Positions 10,607 to 23,301 of a stretch of 64,000 nucleotides of DNA are shown one piece after another (within the stretch, counting starts at the first letter, position 1; each line of letters starts with the position of its first letter). The position numbers were made by a program, and so were the translations under genes. The DNA lies in the NCBI RefSeq assembly GCF_044704955.1, contig NC_091999.1, positions 10,850,001-10,914,000 of the forward strand. Direction: 5' to 3'. The notes under the pieces were generated by a model. The model was not told the DNA's origin, did no database searches, and was given only the letters and a program-made list of their open reading frames with translations. The stretch is from Pristiophorus japonicus (taxonomy: Eukaryota).

Positions 10607-11044
10607 GGCTCCATGGCACAGAAATACACGGCGGTGTCGGTGATAAGAGCTCCGGCGATATTTAAAGGAACCATTTTGTTGTCTCTGCGGAAAACAGCAA
10701 ATAACCTGTCTATTAAATCTGGAGAGTGATTTCCCATCCCCGAGCTATATCTCCTCAGTAAGTATCTTGGAGCTTTCACGGGATACTGGATGTACCAGAA
10801 GAGAGTTGGGGCTTTGCATGTTGTCGAGTAACTACAGTTCATTATTATGGTCTGCCCTTCCTGTACCATTAAATGAGGCGGATCCTGGGACACTGAATAT
10901 TTACCACTCGTTCCTGTAACAAAATGCATAATATGTTAAAAGTCCCGGATTGAATATAACCCATGGAACACGCACTGGCCGTTAAATCATAGACTCGCCG
11001 GCAGCACGGTCATTATTATCACTAAGGAACCAGGGAGAGCACAT
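10607..11044 (-). pseudogene. TRAV/DV: TCR alpha/delta V (family D) with open V exon 10913-10607, CDR1 Cys and non-functional leader; candidate supporting-type V
   Basis: V exon GTSGKYSVSQDP..NCSYSTTCKAPTLFWY..DTAVYFCAMEP; leader frameshifted (MCSPWFLSDNNDRAA) and donor GCGAGT; RSS CACACTG-24-ACAAAAACG at 10606-10567. Confidence 0.85.
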
Positions 11045-12249
11045 GATGCCTAGTTTCGAGTTTGACAGCAAAGAGCGGAATATTTTAAATATGTTGACAC
11101 TTCTAGTGTGATATTAAATAGTGAATTCAGATCGGCGCATGCTTCATTATTGGGAAACGGAGGTGTGTTTCGCATTGACAGGATTTGCTGGTCTCTAAAA
11201 GCTGACGACAGATTTGCACCAATCATTATTAGTTGGCGACCACTTACTTTCCCTGCCTGTTTCCCTTTCTGTCTCTCTGGCTTTCACTGCGTCTCTGTCT
11301 CTCTTTTTGTCTCTGTGTCTATCTGTCTGTTCGTCTGTCTCCCTCTGTCGTTAGTTCTGTCTCTCTCTCTCTCCCTATCGTATTCCATAAAGCTACCGCG
11401 TGTAGAAACCTATTTGACTCAATCTTTCTTTTCAACACAACAAAATGCTCAATTAATAGATGCAGTTACAATCGGAAATAGGCGATAACCGAGGATCACG
11501 AACATGTTTGAAATGGCCGCGGATACTTTAGAAATCCCACAATATATTAGACAGGTGTGAAACATGATACAAATCTGCATCTTCTGTATGTGGTTCGGTA
11601 CCTCAGAGTTGGAATTGGTATGTTTTCATATTGTTTTGAGTGAGGTTCATTCATGAGTCATGTCTTGGGCATTGCAAATGCACAATGGACAGCACCAGGA
11701 TTTACACTGAAGTTGTCATTAACACCGTGTATATACATATCTGCATTATATTGTATAATAATAAAACAAGAAGAATATGACAACATCAAACAACAACATC
11801 CATCAGCAAATTGAGAATTCAGAGATTTCTCAGGCAGAGATAAATATAAACTTCACATCGCCACCAGAAAGAGCGCCCCCAACGTGTTTGCCTGTGAACT
11901 GCTGCTGATTAATCGCACAATCACATGGTACTTGTGGATGAGGAACACCGTTCGACCCATAATAATTGCTGAACCCACTCCCCCTAATTTCCTTTATTTG
12001 TTACAAAATAATTTCTTGATGTTGGACTTTGTCACTTTGTCCATTTCAAGTGAAGATCGCTCTCTGTGCGACCCCCACTCTCTTCATCTCAGTCCTAAAG
12101 TTACCTCTTACTAGTTTGAACCTGGATGTACTTGTCCTAATGCCACTGTATTATTTAAGCCATTTCCCGGATTAACAATTTTCTATATCACGTTTTACCG
12201 TACATATTTATGTAATTTGTTGTTTTCACTGGAATTCATAGACATTGCT

Positions 12250-12650
12250 TCTCTCTCCCTCTCTCTCTCTCTCTCTGCTGCTCTCACTTTCACTCTCTGT
12301 TTCTCACAATTTCTACATCTGTTTCTCCTGCTGCCTCTACATCTGTTTCTCTCGCTGTCTCTATAGTTGTTTCACACTCATTTTCTCTTTCTGAACCTAT
12401 CATTGTCCCTTTATTAGTTTCTCTCCGTTTCACAGTCCGTGTTGTTGCATCTGTTTACCTCTCCCTTTCTTTCCCACTGCTTCTCCCACTGATCTTATCA
12501 TCTGACCCACAGTTGTCTTCCTGTACTTTCATCTATTTCCCTCCGCATCTCTCTCTCATTTTTCTCACTGTCTCTGTATTTTTCTCTATCCGTCTCCCCC
12601 TTTCTTTCTCTCCCTGTATAACTATCTGTCGATTTCCCTGTCTTTCATTT
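12250..12650. repeat. CT-rich low-complexity region
   Basis: (CT)n and degenerate ctgtttctc repeats. Confidence 0.7.
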
Positions 12651-13306
12651 TCCGGGAAATCCTCTGTCGATGCATAAATATAGATAGGGCCCGATTGCAG
12701 ACCTGATCCAAACAATGCCAAACAGGGAACAGCAGAAGCAATAGCAAAGGTTTACAAAGGAGGGTCAGAAGGAGAGCAGCAAATGTCTGCCTTGTGCACT
12801 GCTGCTCCTGAAACAAAATTGAGTGAATTCAAGGCTTTGTTTAACTGCACAAACTGCGCAAAATCGCTCAGCTGCACGGCGATGGTGGGGTCGAGAGGTC
12901 TGTGGTCTAATTGTTTCTGCTTACTGAGCAAGTGACAGGGAATAAGCAGAGTTGGAGGGAAAAGAAACGATTGCAGAGCTTCAGAAATAATGAGTGCGTT
13001 TAACCAGATCCAATCTACGGTGTTTAAAAAAAATATCTGGCATATATGTTTTTATACATAATCAACAAACGCTAAGTCCCCTTAATGCCCTCATTCGGGA
13101 AAAAAATACGCCAGCAGAAGGCGCCATTATCAAACGTGGTCATTGCAAAGTTACGTGATGCAAACACCAGTGGCACAGCGATCGAAGCCTGAGTGATATC
13201 ACAATGGGGCTGCCCGCTGCAGTGAATGGGTGGAGCAATGGAATAGGCCCCGATTTACTTGTCGTCTTCTCAATCTCTGCCTCATTCAATTCAAATTCGC
13301 TGCGAC

Positions 13307-14118
13307 ATGTTGCGAATAATCCTGGCGACTGTGTTGGACCGTAATGTTGCATTATGTTAAACAACACAGGTTAACTGATTGATTCAAAGGGCTTGTGCTG
13401 GGTCTCGGTGCAATTATAACCACAAATATTAATATGGTGGTCAGCTGGGTAGATGGGAGAATTAACGCACTGATACAAATAGGCGCAAGTTTAGATCACT
13501 GCTGGTTAACTTCCTGTTCTTTTACTGCCTAATCTTCACATAGAAACAAAGAAACATAGAGAATAGGTGCAGGAGTAGTCCATTCGGCCCTTCGAGCCTG
13601 CACCATCATGCAATATGATCATGGCTGAACATGCACTTCAGTACCCGAGTCCTGCTTTCTCTCCATACCCCTTGATTTCTTTAGCCATAAGGGCCACATC
13701 TAACTCCCTCTTGAATATATCTAAAGAACTGGCCTCAACATCTTTCTGTCGTAGAGAATTCCACATACTCACAACTCTCTGAATGAAGCAGTTTCTCGTC
13801 ATCTCGGTCGTAAATGGCTTACCCTTTATCCTTAGACTGTGACCCCGGTTCTGGACGTTGACAGGCGGACTTTGTAAAGATCCAGTAACTTTGTTTCTGT
13901 GAACAATTGTCAGCAGTGGGTTCGGTGCAGTTAGATTGTGAATGTACATCTCTGGATAATTATTACATGGAATCGTATCGGAAGAAACCGACGCAGCCTC
14001 GAAGCTAAATAATTACCAAAGTAGCAGCACTGAAGGGTATCGAACTCTCAGCCGGCTGCCAACATCTCTCTAAAGTAAGGTGAGCTCAACATAAGCGGCC
14101 TGAGTGTGGAGATTGGGG
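13307..14118 (+). pseudogene. TCR V pseudogene (family C), acceptor disrupted by CR1, 3' end deleted
   Basis: Leader MLRIILATVLD..; exon homologous to 25269-25549; no YYC or RSS. Confidence 0.8.
13541..13860 (-). mobile_element. CR1 3' fragment inserted in V splice acceptor
   Basis: TAGAAAC tail and 'RGHSLRIKGKPF..WNSL'; interrupts cttcac|ag. Confidence 0.88.
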
Positions 14119-14524
14119 GGAACTCTGTGCTTGGGGCTTGTTTTAAAGAGCACAGTCATGACTTGTGAAATCTGTTTATTGCGTATAAACAGACTCCGAA
14201 CCAGCATCATACTCTTATCAAATCGACCCTGTGTACAGATCCCGATCACTGGTTCCGGGAAACTAACAGGTGAGATGTGTTAACGGATGCACAATACTGG
14301 AGGCAGGTACCGAAATAGCATCAAAGGACAAAGGGTAAATTAAGGCGACAGAAATGGATTTGTGACTTACATTTTTAGTATAAATACGAGTGTAAATCCA
14401 TTAATAAAATTCTCCAAGTGGACTTCACATGTTCTTGTTCAGAGTTGTGTTTTGTCAACATTTTAAGAAGGCCCCTGTGACTCTCACTGTGGAGGCTAAA
14501 TTTTCGCTTCTGTTTAGCAGTGTG

Positions 14525-14542
14525 AGGGCGCTCTCTGGTGAG
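14525..14542 (-). promoter_or_regulatory. Putative CTCF-binding element just downstream of V RSS
   Basis: CTCACCAGAGAGCGCCCT; paralogs at 30423-30440 and 44030-44047 match CCASYAGRGGGCGC closely. Confidence 0.55.
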
Positions 14543-14605
14543 TACTGACTTGAATTCTCAGTATAGGTTTTTGTACGGGGTCCGTTATATCTCTGCTGCA
14601 GTGTG

Positions 14606-15038
14606 GGCTTCATGGCGCAGAAATACACGGCGGCATCGGAGACAAGCGTCCCGGCGATATTTAAAGGTACCGTTTTATTTATTGTGTTCATAGCAGCAGA
14701 GAACCTGTTTTGTAAACCTGGAGACTTGTCTCCGCCTTCTGAGCTGTATCTCTTCAGTAAATATCTCGGAGCTTCCCCGGGATATTGGACGTACCAGAAC
14801 AGAGTTGAACCAGCTGTCGAGTAACTGCAGCTCAGTACTATGTCCTGCCCTTCCTGAACCGTCACTTGAGACGGATTCTGGAGCACGGTATCTTTGCCAT
14901 TGATTCCTGTAACAAATCACAAAATGTATCAAACGTTGTGCGAGTGAATATAACCCATGGAAAACAAACTTGCCACTTAACCATAGACTCACCGGGCAAC
15001 ACGAACATTATTATTAGTAAGAAACGTGGGGAGCACAT
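14606..15038 (-). CDS. TRAV/DV: TCR alpha/delta V segment (family D), apparently functional; leader 15038-14993, V exon 14906-14606
   Basis: MCSPRFLLIIMFVLP|GINGKDTVLQNP..LSCSYS..LFWYVQYPGEAP..DAAVYFCAMKP; GT/AG; RSS CACACTG-24-ACAAAAACC (14605-14566). Confidence 0.92.
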
Positions 15039-15274
15039 GGTGGATTGTATCGAGTTCGACAGAAAATACAGAATTCTAATCGTTTGTTAAGGATTAAACG
15101 TAGATCAGGCGCAGACTTCACTGATTGGGAGACTGTCGGGCGTTTCCCAGGGACACGATTGGTTATTCTCTCAGAACCGAAAATAGTGCACCAATCAGTT
15201 GTGGACCAATTAGTTTCTCTGCCTGTTTGTCATCCTGTCTCTGTTTTTCTCGGTGTCTGCACCTCTCTCTTTGT

Positions 15275-16505
15275 TTCGGCGATGTTAAGGGAAGGTCGTG
15301 TCTGACTAAATTGATAAAATGTTTTAAAGAGGTAACAAGGAGGGTCGATGAAACAGTGCGTTTGTTGTCGTCTGCATGAATTTTAGCAAGGATTTTGACA
15401 CGTGGCAGTCTAAACAAAAAATTAATGCCCCATCGGATCCAAGGGACAGTGGCAAATTGGATAAAAATGTTGACTCAGTGGCAGGGCGCAAATTATAATA
15501 GTTGACGGGGGTTTTTGCGCATGTAAGGCTAGTTCCAGTAGGGCTCCACGGGGCTCAGTGCTCGGTCCTTGCTATCTGTAATATATATTAATGAATTATA
15601 CCGAAAAAGGGGGCATGATAAAGAAATTTGCAGATATTACAACATTTGCCGTGTGCTTGACAATGAGGTGGAAAACATGTAGGAATATATCGATGGGCTG
15701 GTCAGTTGGGCAGAAAAATGGAAAATGGAACTCATTCAGGAGAAATGTGAGGTAATGCTTTCGGAGAGGTGCAACATGGCATTGGAATACATAACAAATG
15801 TAAGGATACCGTGAGGTGTGGAGGAACTGGGGGACCTTGGAGTGTTGGTCCACAGTTAATTAAAGTGTGCAGGTCAGGCAGATAAGGTACTTAAAACGGC
15901 ATATGGAATGTTTTCCTTTATTAGCTGATGCATAGAGGAAAAGAGCTAAAACTGTATACAGTTAACCCACAGCTTGAATACTGCATACAGATCTGGTCAC
16001 CACATCACAGGAAAGATGTTATTGCACTAGACAGCGTACAGAGGAGATCTAAATGATGTTGCCAGGACTGCAACATTTTAGTTATGGGAAAATTGGAGAG
16101 GCTGGGGTTGTTTTCTTTGGAACAGAGGAGGCTGAAGGGAGATTTAATTGAGGTTTACAGAATTATGAGGGTCCGAGATACAGCTGATAGCAAAGATCTA
16201 TTTCCCTCAGCAGAGGGTTCAATAATCTGGGGGCATAGTGAGAAAGTCGTTGGTAGAAGGATTAGAGAGGAGATGAGGAAAAACAAATTCACTTAAAGTT
16301 TGGTGAGGGTCTATAACTCACTGCTGGAAAGGGTGGTAAAAGCAGAAACCCTCATCGCATTTGAGACAAACTTGGATTTTCACTTAAAATGCCGTGACTT
16401 GCAGGGCTATATACACTATGCTGGAAATTGGGAATAGGCGGGATCACTCTTTGTCAGCACGATGGGTCGAATGGCCGCCCTTGTATGTCGTAATTTATGA
16501 TTCTA
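15275..16505 (+). mobile_element. Decayed CR1 (RT to 3' end)
   Basis: 'KGRSCLTKL', 'LERLGLFSLEQRRLKGDLIEVY'; same insertion at 44795-47085 and inverted at 29350-29690. Confidence 0.88.
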
Positions 16506-17020
16506 ACGTGTCTGTCTGTGTGATTCTTTCTTTCGTCCGACCGCCCTTTCTCCCTGCCATATTCCAATTTTCCTGAATCCCTGTTTCAACACAACAATGT
16601 GCTCCGTTGACAGTCCCAGTTATAATATATAAAATATAACTGAAGGTCAGTGACATATTTAAAATGGCAGCTTCCAGCAAGATCCAAACATTTATTCATT
16701 AAGCAGGAATCATGAGACGGGTCTACATCCTCTGTATGTGGCGTGATTCATCAGTTGTGCAATCTGTGTGTTTGCATGTTGTTTGGACCGAGCATCTTCA
16801 TCAGTTGTGTCTTGGATATTAAAATAAATAAAGGGAACACAGACAGACAAGATTTAAGCTGAAGTTCCATTAACACTGGGTAAATGTATTTCTGCATTAA
16901 AGTGTACAATAATAATGGCAATAAGAATAGCAAGAAAAATGAGACATAATGTTACAACAACATCCATCGGTAATTCGACAATTCCTTGTTTTCCCTGGTT
17001 ACTTGCTGCTTAGATCACAT

Positions 17021-17040
17021 CGCCACCAGAGGGAGCTCCG
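17021..17040 (+). promoter_or_regulatory. Putative CTCF site in conserved non-coding block upstream of family-D V
   Basis: CGCCACCAGAGGGAGCTC; paralogs at 11859 and 47569. Confidence 0.5.
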
Positions 17041-17189
17041 GCATCTGCCTACGGCTTCACTGCAGCAAATAAATTGCAAGGTAACAAGGTCGTGGAGGAT
17101 GAGGAACGCCATTTGGCCGATCATATTCTTCCAGAAACTCGACACCCTAAAATATGCTTTATTTGTCAAGTGAGAGGCTTACGAATCTT

Positions 17190-20100
17190 GATATGAAATG
17201 GGATTCGCACATAAATCACAGAAAGTTAACATGCAGTTCCAGCAAGCCCTTCTGAAGACAAATGATATATTAAAGTTTATTGCACGGCATTAGAGGATAA
17301 GAGTTAGGAAGCCTTGCTGCAATTAAATTGATTTTTGGTGAGATTACACCAGGAGTACTGTGTTCAGTTTTGTTCTTATCACAGGAAGGATGTATTTTCC
17401 ATACAATCAACGAAGGTTCCCTAGATTTATTCCTGAAAAGAAAAGGTGTCTCTTTGAGCAGAGATTTCGTGGAATCGGCCTACATTCTCTGCCATTTAGA
17501 AGAATGGAAGGTGATCTCATTGTAATGCTTGAAACTTTTAGAGTGCTTGGTAGGACAGCTGCTGAGATGTTGTTTCCCTGCCTGGAGTATTTGGAACTAG
17601 GGTTCATAAGAACATAAGAACATAATAAATATGAGCAGGAGTAGGCCATTTGACCCCTCGAGCCTGCTCCGCCATACAAAAGATATGGCTGATTTAAGCA
17701 GGGGCTCAGCTCCACTTTCCTTCCCTGTCCCCATAAGGCTTTACTCCATTATCGTCCAAAAATCCGACTATCCCCGCCTGAAATATATTTAATGTCCCAG
17801 CCTCCACGGCTTTCTGGAGCGGAGAATTCCACAGCTTTACAACCCTCTGAGAGGACAAATTCCTCCTCATCTCAGTTTTAAATGGGCCACACATTTTTCT
17901 GAAACTATGTCCCCTAGTTCGAGTTTCCCGCATGAATGGAAACATCCTCTCTGCATCTACCTTGTTATCTTCTATGTTTCAAGAAGCTAACCTCTCATTA
18001 ATTTGAACTCCAATGAGTATAAGCCTTACTTACTCAACCTTTCTTCATAAGTCAACCCTTCATCTCAGGAATCTCGTGAACTTTGTCTAAACTCCCTCCA
18101 ATGCAAGTATATCCCTCATGAAATAAGGAAACCAACACTGTACGTTGTGCTCTAGGTGTGGCCTCACCAATAACCTGTACAGTTGTAGCTGGACTTCTCT
18201 GCATTTATACTCCAACTACTTGCAATAAATGTCAGCGTTCCATTTGCCTTCCAGATTATTTGTTGTATCTGCATACTAACTGTTTATGTTTTATGCACAA
18301 GGACCACCATGTCCTCTGTAATGCATGATTTTGTAATTTTCTCCATTTAAATAATAATTTGCTTGTTTATAATTTCTGCCAAAGTGGATAAACTCACATT
18401 TTCCCACATTATACTCCATAATCTCAGGCTCTTCATTGATCCACGAACAGTGTCCTCACAAGGGTGGTGGGGGTTGCTAGTGCTGATGGAGAGGGGTTAA
18501 ACATGCTTGGCAGGGGGATGGGAACCTGAGAGTAGATTCAGAATGGAGCTAAGCACGGCTGGAAATGGATAGCAGCAAATTTGAAAGTGAATTTAAAGGC
18601 AGTGGAAACAAAGGCTGGAAAATAAACGGAGATTGCCTATGCTCAAGGATGTATAGTCAAAGCAACGAGTGCACGAAATAATGCAGATGAGATGAAAGCA
18701 CAGATAGACACTCTGGGATTATGACATTATAGCTATTACTGATACATGGCTGAACGAAGGGCAGGTTTGTCAGCTCAACATTTCTGGTTCTGGATTTTCA
18801 GACGGGAAAGAAAGGGCGATAAATAGGAGGAGGGGTTGCAGCATAGTTTGAACAAACAATTACATCTGTGAGGAGGGATGATATGCGAGAAGGATCACCA
18901 AATAAGTCCATAATGGCTGAATTTAACAGCGAAAATGGGCGATCACACTGCTGGGAGTGCACCATAGAACCGCAAATAGTCACAGAGAGATAGAAGAGCA
19001 AATGTGAAGTCACATTTCGGAGAACTGCAAAAACTATCGGACAGTAAGAGTTGGGACTTCAACTACACTAATATTAACTGGGATAGAATAAATGTGACAA
19101 TTACAGAGAGTGCAGATTTGCTAAAATGCATTGAGGACAGTTTTTTTGAGCCGAGGAAGGAAGGTTCTGCACTTAATTTTAACGAACGAAGTGGGCAGGT
19201 GGAAGGGATATCAGTGGGAGAGCATTTTGGTGCATTGATCATAATTCAGTTATATTTATGGTCGTTATTCAATCGGACAAAGGTCGAGCAGGAATTACAG
19301 TTCTCAACTGGGGGAAAGCCAAAGTGGACTGGAAACAGCTACTTGAAGGTAAATCTTTCTTAGAGCAGTGAGCGGCATTCAAGGTGGAGATCCTGAGAGT
19401 TCAGAGTAAGTTTGTTCCCTTAAAGAACAAAGGTGGGACTAACAAATCACGAGCACCCAAGATGTCAAGCGGCATATAGAGTAGGATAGAAAAAGCAACA
19501 TTTATGGGAGATACGGACGGCTCAATAGTGCAGAAACACTGGAGGAGTACAGAAAGTGCAGCGGTGAAATTAAAAAGGAAATTAGGAAAGCAAAGAGAGA
19601 GCATGAGAAGAAGATTGGTAGGTAAAATCATGGAAGTGCCAAAGATGTTTTATAAATACATGAAGAGCAAGAGCATAACTAAAGTGTAGCACCTATTAGA
19701 GACCGTAAAGGTAATCTGTTCATGGAGGCAGAAGACGTGGTATTGTTCTGAATAAATACTTTGCATCTATTTTCGCAACATAGAGGGGCGAAACAGACAT
19801 TACAACCAGGAGGGACGAGTGTGAAATATTAGCTTACATAAACACAGCAAGAGCGGAATTGTGAAAAGATTTAGCAGCTTTGTGAGTGGATGAATGCACA
19901 GGTCCAGATGAAATGTATCCCAGGCTGTTTGGAGCAGCAAATGAAGAAATAACAGAGGCTCTGACCATCATTTTTCTAACCTCTCTGCCTACAGATGTGG
20001 TTCCGGAGGACTGGAGGACTGCTAATGGTGCGCCATTCTTTAAAAAGGGAGAAAGGGACAGACAGAATAATTACAGGACAATAAGCCGGTCCGCGGTGGT

Positions 20101-21720
20101 GGGAAAATTATTGGAAGAAACTTTGAGGGACAGGATAATTCTTCATTCAGAAAAACACGCATTAATCAAGGACAGTCAGCAAGGGTTTGCTAAGTGAAGA
20201 TCGTGTCTGACTGAACAGGTAACAAGGGGAGTCGATAAGGGTAGTACTTTTGATGTAGTATATATGGATTGTAGCAAGGCTTTTGATAATGACCCACATG
20301 GAAGACTTGTCACGAAAGTAAACGCCCATGTGATCCAAGCCACAGTGGGAAGTTGGATCCAAGTTTGGCTCAGAGGCAGGAAGCAAACGGTAACGCTCGT
20401 TGGTTATTTTTTGTGACTGAAAGGCTGTTTCCAGTAGGGTTCCACAGGGGTCAGTAGTAGGTAGCTTGCCTTTTGCGGTATATATCAATGATTACGATTT
20501 GAATGTAGGGGGTATGATTCAGAAGTTTGCAGATGATACAAAAAATTGTTCGTGTGGTTGATAATGAAGAAGAAACATGTAAACTACAGGAATACATCAA
20601 TGAACTGGTCAGGTGAACAAGACAGTGGCAAATGGAATTCAAACCTGAGAAGCGTGAGCTAATGTATTTGGGAAGGGCTAACAAGGCAAGGGAATACACA
20701 TTAAATTGTAGGAGTTTGAGAAGTGTAGAGGACCAGAGGGACCTTGGAGTGCATGTCCGCAGGTACCTGAAAGTAGGAGCCCAAAATTAAAAGGAGTTTA
20801 AGAGGCATACAGAATAGTGCAGCGAGGTTATGCTGAATTGTATAAAATACTAGATAGGCCACAGCTAGAGTACTGCATACATTTCTAGTCTGGCCACCAC
20901 GTTACAGGAACGTGATGGCACTGGGGAAGGTACAGAGGAGATGTGCGAGGATGCTGCCTGGACTGGAAAACTTTAGCTATGAGGAAAGTTTCTTTGAAAA
21001 AAGGAGATGCAGGGGAGACCTTTTTGATGTGAATAAAGTTATGTGGTTTAGATAGTGTGAATAGGCAACCTATTTAGCTTATAGACGGTTCAACAACCAG
21101 GAGACATCGATTTAAATTAATTGGCAGAAGGTTTTGAGGGGGTAAGATGGGAAATGTTTTCACCCATTTGAGATGATGGTTTGGAACTCACTGCCTGAAA
21201 GCGGGTAGAGACAGGAACTCTCATCGCACTTCAAAAGTAATTGGATGTTCATTTGAATTTCCAAAACCTCAAGGCTATGGACCAAGAGCTGGAAAGTGGG
21301 TTAAGTCCGGATAGATCTTTTTCGGCCGGTCTTGTGGGCCGAAATGGCCTCCTTCCGTGCTGTATGATTCTATGATAAGCGCTCGGCCATTTAGGTCTGC
21401 GATGAGGAGCAGATTCTTCACTCAGCACTTTGTGAAACTTTGGAGTTCTCTTCCCCAGAGGTCTGTGACTGCTGAATAGTGGAGTAAGTTCAAAATTGAG
21501 ATCTATATATTATTGGGTACTAAGGAAATTAAGGGATATGGGATTTGGGTGGGAAAGTGGATTTGAGTGCAAGTTCAACCATGATCTTCTTGAATGGAGG
21601 AGCTGGCTCGATGGGAGATGTGGTCTACCAGTGTTCCTATTTCTTATGTTGTCAGTAAAGTAATTCCATGCTTATGGATTCTTCTAACTTTTACCAGAGC
21701 CCTTTCCAACTGTTTATCTC
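17190..21720. mobile_element. Cluster of decayed CR1 elements (plus 17190-17610, minus 17605-18420, long plus 18430-21720)
   Basis: APE/RT fragments 'GPDEMYPR..PEDWRTAN..FKKG', FADD-like, 3' ends; paralogous to 47750-56080. Confidence 0.85.
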
Positions 21721-21749
21721 GTGGTCTATTCGTATTTCTCGTACGATCT

Positions 21750-22320
21750 CACACCTGGAGTATTGTGTACAGTTTTGGTCTCCTAACTAGATGAAGGACA
21801 TTCTTGCTATTGAGGGAGTGCAGCGAAGATTCACCAGACTGATTCCAGGGATGGTGGGACTGACCTATCAAGAAAGACTGGATCAACTGGGCTTGTATTC
21901 ACTGGAGTTCAGAGGAATGAGAGGGGTCCTCAGAGAAACGTTTAAAATTCTGACAGGTTTAGACAGATTAGATGCAGGAAGAATGTTCCCAATGTTGGGG
22001 AAGTCCAGAACCAGGGGTCACAGTCTAAGGATAAGGGGTAAGCCATTTAGGACCGAGATGAGGAGAAACTTCTTCACCCAGAGAGTGGTGAAACTGTGGA
22101 ATTCTCTACCACAGAAAGTAGTTGAGGCCAATTCACTAAATATATTCAAAAGGAAGTTAGATGAAGTCCTTACTACTCGGGGGATCAAGGGGTATGGCGA
22201 GAAAGTAGGAAGGGGGTACTGAAGTTGCATGTTCAGCCATGAACTTATTGAATGGCGGTGCAGGCTCAAAGGGCCGAATGGCCGACTCCGGCACCTATTT
22301 TCTATGTTTCTATGTTTCTA
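21750..22320 (+). mobile_element. Young CR1 3' fragment at a duplication junction
   Basis: ORF 21791-22222 intact C-terminus; (TTTCTATG)n tail. Confidence 0.92.
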
Positions 22321-22784
22321 TCATTGTGTTCAAATCCCTCAGGACCGGCTGGCCTTCTATATCCCCTTATCTAATGGTTGTGGGTATTTCTAATAGTAAG
22401 TGAGCAGCTATTTTAATGGGAGACACCTGGAATGATAAAATAAGTAAATTATATATTTCCTTTCACTGCCCCTACCTCACCTGCTAAAGAGCCAACATTG
22501 GGTTTAATTCCCATCCAGTTTCATGTTGTGAAGAGAAAAACTTCACTCCGTTCCGCGCTGCTCGCTGTGATGTATTGCTTTGGAGAACAAAGAAGCTGGG
22601 AGCTGATTCGTTCAATTAGAGAACATAGGACTGGTGAGCTGATTGGATAACACCTGCTGACTCTGCCAGGAATGAACCAATCAGCAAAGAAACCAGAAAT
22701 GAATCAACATCTTCGCAACTCTTGACGAAATTAATTTCATGTTCAACCCGTTCTGTTCAAATCTACCACGTACTATCTGTAAAC

Positions 22785-23301
22785 ATGTTGGGTGTGATTT
22801 TTTACTCAGCCATCACGGCTGCAGCTCTCTTAACTGGTAAAATTTAAAGTTGCACAATCTTCCTCTTCCAGGTGTCACTGGCAACCTTTTAACTATGTTT
22901 TATCTCTATTTGCAATGTATTCCGTAACAAGATAATTTAGTTATAATTGAATTATGAAAACATTTTAAAATTCTGTATTTATACATGTATGCAGGTGTTA
23001 GTGGTGCAGACTCCATCTCACAGCGGCCGGTTACAGCGATGCAGTTTGAAGGAGACTCGGTGACAATTAATTGCAGCTATTCCACCACTGCTGATTCGTA
23101 TTCCTTACAACTGTACCGTCAGGACCGGGAGGAAGGTCCCCAAATCCTAATCTCCAGTCCTTCCTATGGGGATGTTGTCAGAGCAGTGGGCACTGGGACT
23201 CGATTTTCTGCATCTCTCGACAGTTCAAAAAGTGAGGGGAACTTCACCATCGGCGGCCTGCGGCCGACTGACAGTGCGGTGTATTACTGCACGCTGAGAG
23301 A
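22785..23301 (+). CDS. TRAV/DV: TCR alpha/delta V segment (family A), open frame with Trp41->Leu; leader 22785-22836, V exon 22995-23301
   Basis: MLGVIFYSAITAAALLT|GVSGADSISQ..TINCSYSTT..LQLYRQ..TDSAVYYCTLRD; RSS CACAGTA-23-ACAATAACC (23302-23340). Confidence 0.9.
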
